Positions 1 through 11,467 of a stretch of 64,000 bases of DNA are shown in pieces (the first letter of the stretch is position 1; the number at the start of each line of letters is the position of its first letter). This DNA comes from Antedon mediterranea (lineage: Eukaryota; Animalia; Echinodermata): positions 35,102,304 through 35,166,303 of the forward strand of contig NC_092671.1 of NCBI RefSeq assembly GCF_964355755.1. The letters run 5' to 3'. A program made the position numbers and the translations under genes. The notes under the pieces were generated by a model. It saw nothing but the letters and a program-made list of their open reading frames with translations, did not search any database and was not told the DNA's origin.

Positions 1-324
1 TCCAAACTAAAACAACTTTAGCATAAATCTTGAATGTCCTTATAGCCAATAATTTTCTTTAATCTTTACTAGCTAAGATTTAGTTGTTTGTATTCTTTAC
101 TGTAGACCCCATTTATGTGGCAGGAGTTGTGGATGGGTGGTTACATGATGCTTGGCTACCATTCAAAGATTCCTGGGTTCAAGTCCTATAATATGTCAGG
201 ATTTTTTCTAATAACAATTTACAACTCCACTCCCAAAGAATTGTATTAAGACTTTCTTTATGTAAAGCATCTTGTTGTATGTTTGTCTTGTGAACAGCAT
301 TGCCACCTTTTAAGAAGGATAGTG

Positions 325-661
325 AATGAATGTGGGTGAGTGGCCGAGCGGTTAAGACAGTGGAACCGTAATCACGTAGCCATAACATCGGCAGAGGTTC
401 GAGGCTCACTCATTCCATGGTTCTGGTGGTAGAACGAGTCTTCTCGGATAAGGACTATAAACCGTAGGTCCAGTGTACACAACTTGCTCGTGTGCACTTT
501 AAAGAACCTAGTACATCTTTCAAGACGAGTAGGGGGTTACCCCGGTGTATTAGTACATCACAGCCACTGATCACCAACTGGGCCCTCTGGGAGACCAGTC
601 TTTGACTGAAGAGGTTACCCAGTATAAATATATATTTCAATCAATCAATCAATCAATCAAT
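325..661 (+). mobile_element. tRNA-derived SINE with Deu/Nin-like central domain, near full length
   Basis: A box TGGCCGAGCGG (341-351) and B-box-like GGTTCGAGGC (396-405). Centre GGATAAGGACTATAAACCGTAGGTCC...GTGCACTTTAAAGAACC...GGGGGTTACCCCGGTG resembles the recalled Deu-domain consensus. Ends in a (TCAA)n tail. Confidence 0.8.
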
Positions 662-1429
662 TCACTTGGTTATCCTTGGCAATTTGCCTAAATATATAAA
701 AACAAAAACATTTACACATGATTACCGAGGCAATCGATAAGTGTAAATACTCAGAACACAGAATTAGGCTCACTCTGGGATGGATACATATCTGAATGGT
801 GCCAAGCATCTTATTCGGAGTTGACCTTTGATCTTCCCATTTCCCACATTATAATTATAGATATCCTTGTGTTGTAGTAAGGTCACGATCAATCTTTAAT
901 TGCTTTTCTCATATCATCATTGAACACTTCCTATTTCAAATTGTTTAGTTTAACAGATTAATATCAATTTGATAACATTCATTCCATAAGATGAATTACT
1001 GCTGACTGTCCTTGGAAAACACACTTCATATCAAACACGTGTTTGAAAAATAACTAACTATTAAATACACTAGAATCCTAATTAAGAGCGTCATCTTAAT
1101 TAAGGCTACGTCCACTAAGAGGAGATCATGATCGTCTTCGAAAGTCATTTGTTCCAAATTCTTGCCATTTATATAACGCAACTATTAAAAGATAGATTGA
1201 ATATGTAATTTGTATGTAATCTGTATATAAAATACTGGTAATATATATATATATATTTTTTTTATATATCTTATAATGTTACGATATATATTTTTTATAT
1301 TCTTGTCTTTTTGATGTTTATTCGTATTTTTATAAGGTCTTGTATTTTTGTATTCTTGACTTTTTATATATTTTTAATTAATTGTTTGAGAGCTTGTTAA
1401 CGAAACGAATTTCCTTTTTGTATTCTGTA

Positions 1430-1590
1430 TCTTTGGGACGAAAAAGTGTCCCCTCAATAGCTGATGCCCCCTAAAGCATTTAGTGTTAACGATTGCATAT
1501 TTCTCTTTGTTCATTTCACAGGAAGGTTTCCCATTAATAGGGGTGTCCCCTGGATAGGTTGTCCCAAAAAAGGAGTTCTATTTTGTTTGC
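1430..1590. mobile_element. Degraded copy of the TATTAAGGGGACAC Tc1/mariner-like MITE family
   Basis: GTGTCCCC / TTAATAGGGGTGTCCCC motifs shared with the copies at 39157 and 40032. Confidence 0.55.
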
Positions 1591-2899
1591 ACCTGTACCT
1601 ATTCCACATCCCTGTGGTGTTATTACTGTGTAAACAGACAATATCCTATACAGTACACCCTATTTATAAATGGTACAGTCCAAACCCGTTCTACTGGATA
1701 GTATAAAAGTGTTGGATTGATACTTCAGTGTATTATTATTAGAATTTTATAATGGTTTCCTAAAAATGTTATTCTTAAAAATAGGTCCATTACTAAATTA
1801 AAGTCACATGAACGGGATATGAAACATGAAGTAGGTTTGTTTTTGTGACATAAACAGATAACGAATGAGCTTATTACATTAACGATGTTGATTTTATTAC
1901 TCAAAGTGTAATAATAGGGGAATTCCCCAGTCAGTGTTAGTGAAATTTATTTTTTCTCGAGGTTGTGATTTCTAAAAATGATTATTTTTAAAAATGAAGG
2001 TGCAAGTTAACAGTTTTCCCCAATAACATAAATTATAAAACTTAAAATAATTGTTAAATGAATTTAGTTGTAACTAAAGCATTTGACGAATACATTTGTT
2101 TTACTGGAGATAATAAAAAAAAAACCAACTACAATAACGAAAGGTATGCTTTTTAAACAAATTAGTAGGCCTATATAATTGCTGTATGAGCTTAATTACC
2201 CGTTCTTAGGAAAGATTTTTTGGACAAACAGTATTTCAAAGGTGTAGATCTGTTGTTTTATCTTACTTAGGGTAAATTTTCAGGTGACTACCATTTGTAA
2301 AAAATAGGCAATTCTGAAGAAGAGTTTATAAAATTTTGGGAAACTCCAAAGCAAGCAAAGGAAATTAAGCATGCGGCACGTAGGCTTAGGAACTTTTCGG
2401 TTTAATATTTCTTAGGCTATAATCAACACCACTGTTTTGTGTATAGTGCAGTTTTCTTCTGAAGCAGGTTTTGCCAGCAAAGATTTTCTAGACTAAATCG
2501 GCTTAAACCGGATTAGAAATGAAAGAAAAATAAAAAAAACACTTTAATATCTACTGTACAGACGTAGTAGTGAGTGGTAGGTTAGGCCCAGGGAGTTGTA
2601 AAATATATTATTTATTTTACAACTCTCTGGCTAGACCTTACTCCATTAAAAACATAGACCAACAGCAATCGAAGGCTATACAGTATTTTGTAAATTTGAT
2701 GGAAAATTTTCCGTTCTTGATTTCTATATTAGTAAAGCACTGTAGTAACCCTTAATTTCCATGACATACCACTTGACTATGCACCTTTTGAGTGCAAAAG
2801 TCATTCTGCGCATACTCTAGTGTTTCTACAGTATATGCATTATGAATATTTAGTTGAGAGCTGAGTAGTTAAATGGTGCGTTATGATGAGGAACATTGC

Positions 2900-3359
2900 C
2901 AGAGGTCCCAAGTTGAAAAAACGAAATTTTGGGTAAACAATAGAGTGCGTACTATATAATAATTAAAAATTATATAGAGGGTGCTATATAAGCTAATATT
3001 AAGTTATACAACAAATCATCATCTGGGATATCCAATACCAAATTTACTAGGCCTAGATTTACTAGGCCTGGATGGCTGTTAATTCGTGAAACAAAGCCCT
3101 AATAATGCCTTTGTTTTAACTGGGCGTCATTATAAACAGTGCCAGCAGTGTTTAATTGTGAAATAACATGTTTGTGTTTGTGAAAATATTGTCTAATTTC
3201 AGTTATTTTAGATTAAAATTCTCTAGACTAGGCCTAGCTACGCCTAAATCGTCCAGATTTTCGGTGGGAAATATCCAATTTTCGGGTAGGCGGGGATCTG
3301 CATGAAAAATCATGGAAAATCAGAAAAACCCACATATTTTGGGGAACTTGGGACCTCTG
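2900..3359. mobile_element. Non-autonomous TIR element with 6-bp TSD (hAT-like)
   Basis: Perfect 15-bp TIR CAGAGGTCCCAAGTT (2900-2914) / AACTTGGGACCTCTG (3345-3359), flanked by CATTGC on both sides (2894-2899, 3360-3365). Confidence 0.85.
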
Positions 3360-3944
3360 CATTGCAGGCCTAGAAATACATAATTATAACCGCTAAGTGT
3401 ACAGTAGACAAGATACTACTACTGTTCCACAGTGGTACAGTAGTACCGCATCTATACAACTGCATCGTCTCAGCATTTATTAATCTTGAACTGCTTTGCT
3501 ATTTTTTCTTAAAAACTTTGCTCAATTATCGTCTTGCATCATCCCTGGATCTGCAGTAACTATGAACGATGATTACAAAACGCTAAGTCATAATTATGCT
3601 GGTACGGTGTGCATGACAAACCGAACGAGGTCAAAATGAATGTCATTAAAACGTCAGTGTCATGCTCACAATATCAACAGTTTAAAGTGATTGTTTACAA
3701 AAATACTAATGACTAACAATAATAATAATATCCAGGGTAGTCTAGATGGAACAACACAATCCATTGTTTTCAATATTTAGCATTTCTCATTGGACATTGT
3801 GCTGGACAGTGAGCTGGACAGAAAATTTGTATTTTCTTATTTTATGTATTTAGGCACATGGATTACCAATAGTCAATTAATCACTGTCCTATTAAATAGG
3901 CAATTGGTAATCCCCCTGAAAATAGGCTATTTTGTGAGCCATTT

Positions 3945-4080
3945 CACCGGGGTAACCCCTCCTCGTCTCACGAATGAACTGGGTTCTGTAAAGTGCACAC
4001 GTACAAACTGTGTACACTGGACCTAGGGTTTATATAGTCGCTATCCGAAAAGACTTGTTTAACCACCGGAACCAGGAGCC
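3945..4080 (-). mobile_element. Partial Deu/Nin-like SINE, same family as 325-661
   Basis: Reverse complement matches about 420-548 (CCGGGGTAACCCC..., GTGTACACTGGACCTA, TATCCGA). Confidence 0.8.
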
Positions 4081-7000
4081 ATTCGGCCTCCAACCCAAGC
4101 CGATATAAATGGAGCCTTTATGAATTAGGCCAGACTTAGGGTGTATCCAGTAGTAAAAGAGTTGACTGTGTATATTGTTTTAGATGAGAAACAGAATAAA
4201 TTTGTAATGACATGGTTGTTGTCATTGAATAATAATTATAATAATAATATAATATTGAACAAGGTCTCTTTATTAAATGACTGAATCGTATTAATTATCC
4301 TAAAGAATAGAGTAACACACAATATGGTGTTTTGTTAATTTTTGTTGTTTTAATGAATAATTGTTAATCATGCTACTAATACTATAGTAAACATATTAGT
4401 AATCTACACTATAAAAACAATCCTTGATTAAATATTGTTGAATATTATAATTATTATTATTACTACTCAGTTGAACGACATTTTTACCTCGTTTTTTTCA
4501 GTTTCACTTCTTCCCCGTTCCCATTTTTCTAACAAACTTTTTTACCTTTTCGGCGTTCTGCTACCATTATCCAGTCAAAATGTTTGTCATAAAATTTCCA
4601 TTAAAATAATATAAATTAATGGAGCTATCGTAGCTGTATTGCAGATTCCTTCCACCCCACCCAACTATCCCACCTTACTTCCAAACCCCCATCTTACTCC
4701 CCACCCCCCACTCTACTTCAACACTCCACCCTACTCCCAACATCCCACTCTACTTTTTTCCATAAAACCCTTCCTTTCACCTTGTACTGTAACTAGCCCA
4801 CTGGCTGATGATTTTGTTTTAATGAATTTGTTTTAATTGTGATGACATTGATAATGAAATGAACCTATAGTACTTGGATTTTCTCCAAAATATACCATGA
4901 CTCATTATCATAAGAAAAATCATCAACTTAGAAAGGACAATGTAATTATTGTTTACAAATTTAAATTATTATAATATACATAAAGATATTGATTTACTAA
5001 TTTATTGACTTGTTACACCCAAGACTAGTCATGCAAGATTTTGTTCTGAAGAAATAGGTCCAGCAACCCAGCCAAAATTTGAGTTCGCTTTCCACTTTAT
5101 CGATGATATAATTTGACTTAATATGAATTGAAACGGCATTTGTATTAAAACCTGAACATTGTGGGTATGTGTGCGAGAAAAAAGTTTTAAGTGCATATTG
5201 AAATACTGTTATATTCCAGTGCTGAGAAATCATCATTCCTGTGTCACCATCGTCAGTGTGATAGAAGAGGTGTTTGTTTTATGTTTCCAAATAAAATTCA
5301 ATAATTAAATTTAAGTTCATTTAAGTATCTGTTTGACTTCTTGCATTCCAACTACTGTACATTAATCCTCCCTGGTTCTCAGCTGCTACTGAAATCACTT
5401 ACCGTACATACCCCTTCCCCTATTGTAGTTATCCCTCACCCTCTAATTAATTATCCCCCCTCACCCTTTAATTAATTATCTCCCCCTCCTATAGTTATCC
5501 TATAGTCACCCCTCCTAATATAATTATCTTTTCCCATTTTAACACATTTTTGAGTAATATAATATTTAGTACAATTCAATTCAAATAGTTTTGAACTATA
5601 GACTCGCCATAATAACCAATATAAAATTAAACAAACCATCATTTATAAACCTTGGTTATGCTAATTAACCTAATGTACATATATTAAAACAATCAACACA
5701 ACAAAAACAAACAAATGTATTACCTCATGATAGATGTACACCATGTGACTTATATTTGTAAACGTGTTAGAAATAATATTATTATTCAACATCCTATAAA
5801 ATTTAACGAGAGTTTTGACAAACAGCAAAAGGCCTAAGTTTTCTCAGTTTATTTGGCCTCTTTTTCGTTTTTCTGATGGTAGTATAATAGTAGACTGTTA
5901 GTTATGATGGCCATTCAATACTCTATTTTCAAGAGTTGATATTGTCTAAGACCGAGCAACACGTCGCACAAGTCCTGGCAAAGTCTCTGATGTTAGCTTA
6001 TTAATCCAAGTCGTCTTTACTACTTTCCGACAGTAAGTACCAGTGTAATCTTATTCGCTTTATTATGTTCCGAGTGAGATGGAACAGTTGATGGAGCTTG
6101 TCTAGTTTGATAAAATATTATGAAGTGATAGGCCTTTACTGTTATAAATAGCACAACAAGTTTTGGTACTGTTTTGTCTCCTTTACAAAGTTAAGGTATT
6201 AGTATATTTAATTTAACAATGAATAATTTAAAATTTTAATTGATATTTTAGAGCTTCATTACAACGTTTTCATTTTGTTTTTCTTCGTAAAAAAAAAAAA
6301 AATCGGGACCTCTTGAGAGATCACTATTATTATAATGTTCTGTTTTTAGTATTAATTTTTTGTAGTCTTGCATGCAACAAAATTTAAAACCTGTGTTCTG
6401 TTTTCTTCCTAATAATTAAACATCAAAATTGGTTTATAGTTGATAACTTCAATAGTTAATTATTTATTTGATAATTAATTAGTTTATAGATTTGGTTATA
6501 CCTAGTGTACATTGTGTACTGTTCAATTCTACAAGCCATGATTTTTTATTCTATTTGAATTACCTATTGCCTTTGGAAATGATTGATCCTGGTAACATTT
6601 TCATTAACACATAAATTAGCCCAACCGCTGATTAATCTGAATTTGGAATATAGAAACCACAGTTTTGTATTGCGTTTTTTCTTACTATGCGGATAGACAT
6701 ATCAATGAGGTGGCGTTGTGTAGCATTTTGCTATGCTACACTGACGAAAAATTGTTGCCAGTGTTAAAAATATTAGTGTTAAATAATATGCTTCTTTTGC
6801 CTATTTGCCAAATAGATCATAAGAAAATTAAATTGTATACGCATTTCTTCAGAATTTGTGTTCCGCAAAAACTCTTTAAATCTGTAAATGGTTATTGAAT
6901 AAAATGTCAAAATTATCGCAAATATGATGCACACAGGTGGTTAAAAAGTCACTAAAGTCGGTGACCTGAGGTCAAAGGGTGATTGTGATAAAGTACTACC

Positions 7001-8097
7001 AACCGTTATTTTGTGTTGCAGCTATTAAAGTTGCACACCGATAAACCGTTGAAGATAATACCGTAATAAAATAATCATTATTTTATGTTCCACATCAATA
7101 ACTGGTACGTACTGGCATTGTAACATGAAATAGACATACTGTACGGTAGAAATGGAGAAAATGTATTCTGTTGTATTTAACAAGTTATTTGTTCGCATTC
7201 ATAAACCGACACTTATCTGGTTATTTAGGTCAACAATGTCACTATAATATCAAATTGTTAATTAACATAGATAATTAGCAGTTTATTAAAAGCATCCGCT
7301 TTCTTGTTGAGTGACGAGTTGTTGATTTGTATGCTGCTGAACATAGCATAACATGGAGTATAGATTGTACCACCCACTCCTTACTACCCTCCAGGTTTTT
7401 AAGCAGTTGTCAACATGTTTAGTGGATTTATTATCATCTGTTCGTGAATACTGTTGGCTATTCTCCTTGCTCTTGAGTAATTTTTTATCAGCGATACAAA
7501 TCATTCGCACGTGGGCGGATTATGTTGATGAGCACACGTATGTATTTTAAACATGTGCATACAGCTACATTGTTTATGGGTAATTGCTCACAAAGTTGTA
7601 CTGTAGCAATACTAAAAAGCCTTTTTGTAAAATTTACTATTATGGTATATAGTGTGTAAAATGAACATTGATTGAATCAGAATTATTTTTTAAAACAATG
7701 TCTGAATTGTTTTCTTTTATAAATATAACGATTCGTCATTACTGTACATGGTTTTTCCACTATTTTTGTACTTTCGTCATTTGATGGCAGTGAGCCATGA
7801 TCTGCTGCCAAGAGACACGACTTAAGTACGACGGTAATATCAAGTATGGGGGTCAAGTCTAGGTAGGGAGGGGTATGCAAGGTAGTGGAAATTGAGCTTA
7901 GAATCATTTTTATCGTATTATTCAATTTGATTATTTCAAGATTTCATTAAAATTGGATTATTATTTAATGAATTAATTTTATTTATAGTTTGTGGATACT
8001 GGAATCAATAAAAAAATACATAAAATATGTATATTATTCTTAATATGAGAGTATTATTAGGAATGAGTATGTTCTGTCTCCAGTTCTCAATATAGTA

Positions 8098-8511
8098 CCG
8101 TAAATCTTCTAACCGTAACCCATACTCTAATACTAGTAACCCCCTTCTAATAGTAAGCTACCCTATAAGTCAACCTATAATAATAACCCACTACTCTAAT
8201 AGTAATCCATATTAGACTCACAAAAACTATTGAAAAAATGACATCATGAAGACTGGCCCTATTTTTAAAATAAGGAGATGATGCATGTTGGTCTTTGCTG
8301 ATTGAGTGTTTTAAAGTTTATAAAACAAATTTGTTTATTCGTACTGTTTATTATTTTGCTATGAGTTGCTGACCGGCAAAGTTGGGGTGGGTTACTATTT
8401 TCAGGTGCCTAATTAAAGATTAGTAATAGTAACCCCTTCTAATAGTGCTGTAACCCACCATAAAAAATCATTAAATAATAATAACCAGTCTTACAATTAG
8501 AAGATTTACGG
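8098..8511. mobile_element. Tc1/mariner-pogo-like MITE
   Basis: TA|CCGTAAATCTTCTAA ... TTAGAAGATTTACGG|TA, with subterminal repeats of CTAATAGTAACCC. Confidence 0.8.
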
Positions 8512-9126
8512 TATTCTCGGTTTACTCAGTTGCCACAGAAAGTAACGCTAGTTGGATTTTCCACTTTTAATTCAATCAAATTATACGATCGGATCGTATA
8601 TTTATTGGTTGATTAAATGTTTATAATGTCTGGGATTTTCCCTTTTTTTAAAAAAATATTACTAAAATTGTCAGAACTAAACTGAAAAACAGATTGTTGG
8701 AAAAGAATAGAAATATTTTTCTTGTGGTTTTAGTTGGCGTACATTATTACCATCTGATTGGATGAGCATAAATGAAAGTATAGAGTTTGGACATCAGCGA
8801 ACGGGATATGATTCACATAAATGTTTTAGATTAAGGTAATTTCCAAAGTATGTGCAGGTTGTTGATATTGCAATCATTTTAAAAGAAAACTTCATCCGCC
8901 GTGTACAGTCTTTGATCCAATTAAGAAAGAGCTGTATTGCATATATAAACAAAGTAGACTAAAAATAAAAAGTTTTTTTCTGTTACTCATCATCAAGAAT
9001 CATCTGCGATTATGGATGTTCACTTTAGTTTATTCCTTGTGGAAACGTCGTTTGTACGTATGTTTTTTGTATACATTAATTTAGGCAAACTACAGTTCCA
9101 AGGATAGGCATTTACTCTCAGTCTTG

Positions 9127-9286
9127 AGCTCTGTCCACACTATCAAACTAGTATGACAAAAGAAATATGGTACTTATTCCCAAACGTGGTAGTGATATTC
9201 CCAAACATGGTAGTGATATGACATCATTGTTTCCATATATGGACACATCACATTTTGTTGTCGCATAAAGTTTGATAGTGTAGGCT
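9127..9286. mobile_element. ~150-bp MITE, Harbinger-like family (copy 1 of 5)
   Basis: AGCTCTGTCCACACTATCAAAC ... AGTTTGATAGTGTAG; internal ATGGTAGTGATATGACATCAT is shared with the other copies. Confidence 0.8.
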
Positions 9287-9533
9287 TTAAAGATGCCAAT
9301 TATTATGCTCTAAATAAACAGTCTTAAACAATTAGTCTTTGGGTGTTGCTTGTTATCACGAGAAAACAATCCTGACATCTGACAGGATTTGAACCCACTA
9401 TCCTGTTTATATTGATACCATAGTTGTGCCTATGTTTCTCTGTGTTTCTTATCTTTTATGTAGTTAACTACTCATTTGGGAAATTTTGAATTTGAAAAGC
9501 TTTAGGGCACAACGTTTTGCTTGCATTATAGTA

Positions 9534-9768
9534 TGGAGTTGAGTAGTCGAGTGGTTAGTGCGCTTGACAGTCGCATACAGAGAGACTCCGGTTCAATTCC
9601 CAACAGTCCAGTCAGCTGTATTATGAGTACCGGGTTGAAAATACTAGGGAGTATTAGGTGGCGTGGAAAGGAACTGACCACCCTACCACATAATGCCGAA
9701 GATGTACAATGAGCTCCTAACGACAGCTCATTCTCCTACGTTCAAAATGAATACTTTACTTTTACCTA
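9534..9768 (+). mobile_element. tRNA-derived SINE (distinct family, possibly Meta-domain type)
   Basis: A box TAGTCGAGTGG, B box GGTTCAATTCC, centre ATGAGTACCGGG...CTGACCACCCTACC, tail CTTTACTTTTAC. Confidence 0.65.
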
Positions 9769-10094
9769 TAGTATGATAAACATATTTTTTAGTACTTTAC
9801 TAAATGTATATTTTTTGTTAATATAAGACAGACAACTAAAAGATAAGAGATGATAAATTAAAAATGCATAATACTGCAGATTTAATTGCAATTAACTAAC
9901 TGTATGGATAGCACTTTGCTATTACTGAAAATGGGTATTTTAGTAGTCTAGTGTTGTAGATGAAGTTACGGCGCCAGATATGTCATAACTGGTGTTTTTT
10001 TAGAGAAGATACAGTACTTTATTTAGTTCAGTAAACGTCAAACGATTGCGTTCTATTAAACCTCAACCTCGGATTATGAAACTGGTGTAGGTCG

Positions 10095-11085
10095 CTCTTC
10101 CTAATATCCCACTCTTCCTAACATCCCACTCTTCCTAACATCCCACTCTTTCTAACATCCCACTCTTTCTAATATCCCAGTCTCCCTAATAGTAATATCC
10201 CAACAGAATTAATTTCCCACTCTTCTGAATTATACCACTTTCTCTAATAATATCTTAACCGAATATCCCACTCTTCCTAATATCCCACTCTTCCTAATAT
10301 CCCACTCTTCCTAATATCCCACTCTTCCTATTATCCCACTCTTCCTAATATCCCACTCTTCCTAATATCCCACTCTCCCTAATATCCCACTCTCCCTAAT
10401 ATTCCACTCTCCCTAATATCCCACACTTCCTAATATCCCACACTCTTCCTAATATCCCCCACACTCTTCCTAATGTCCCACACTTCCTAATGTCCCACTC
10501 TTCCTAATGTCCCACTCTTCCTAATATCCCACTCTTCCTAATATCCCACTCTTCCTAATATCCCACTCTCCCTAATATTCCACTCTTCCTAATATCACAC
10601 TCTTCCTAATATCACACTCTTCCTAATATCCCACTCTTCCTAATATCCCACTCTTCCTAATATCCCACTCTTCCTAATATTCCACTCTTCCTAATATTCC
10701 ACTCTCCCTAATATCCCACTCTTCCTAATATCCCACTCTCCCTAATATCCCACTCTTCCTAATATCCCACTCTTCCTAATATCCCACACTCCCTAATATC
10801 CCACACTCTTCCTAATGTCCCACACTTCCTAATCACACTCTTCCTAATGTCCCACTCTTCTTAATATCCCAGTCTTCCTAATACCCCACTCTTCCTAATA
10901 TCCCACTCTCCCTAATATCCCACACTTCCTAATATCCCACACTCTTCCTAATGTCCTACACTTCCTAATCACACTCTTCCTAATGTCCCACTCTTCTTAA
11001 TATCCCAGTCTTCCTAATGTCCCACTCTTCTTAATATTCCAGTCTTCCTAATATCCCACTCTTCCTAATATCCCACTTCCTCTAA
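10095..11085. repeat. 17-bp minisatellite (AATATCCCACTCTTCCT)n
   Basis: About 1 kb of directly visible tandem units with minor variants. Confidence 0.97.
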
Positions 11086-11467
11086 TAATAATATCCTATT
11101 ACAAAATATCTTATAAATCCCAACTCTTTTTTAATTAAACTGATTCTACATTATACAGCAATGAGTCTTTGAGCACGTAAACAAGATTAGAAGGATTATA
11201 GTGGATTGCGCAAGGATTTCAACAATATCCTTCAACATCCTTAATGCCGGCCGGTATTGCAGATTTTTGCAGTATGGCGTAATACAACTTTCACAATAAA
11301 TTGATGTTGCCCTTCAGTGCAGAATCAGTTGAAAAACATATTTTTTTAAATTTTAGCTGATTTTGTGCTAATGACATAAATATCGACTCTTTAAAAAAAC
11401 AAGTACAGTACTACAACTAAAAATGAAAGGCATGCCTTCTATTCTACAGTACTGTACATAAATGTTA

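Noticed and set aside
121-200. tRNA-like sequences here and at 333, 9534, 27511, 35352 and 61194 as tRNA genes
   Set aside because: They have A/B boxes but no complete cloverleaf; most run into repeated SINE bodies.
889-932. Possible minus-strand terminal exon EVFNDDMRKAIKD-stop after an AG
   Set aside because: Too short, with no partner exons and no recognisable homology.
7353-7550. 65-aa ORF with a donor-like site as an upstream coding exon of the Bcl-2 gene
   Set aside because: The better donor (7538) is phase 2, incompatible with the phase-0 acceptor at 31216, and the peptide has no recognisable motif.
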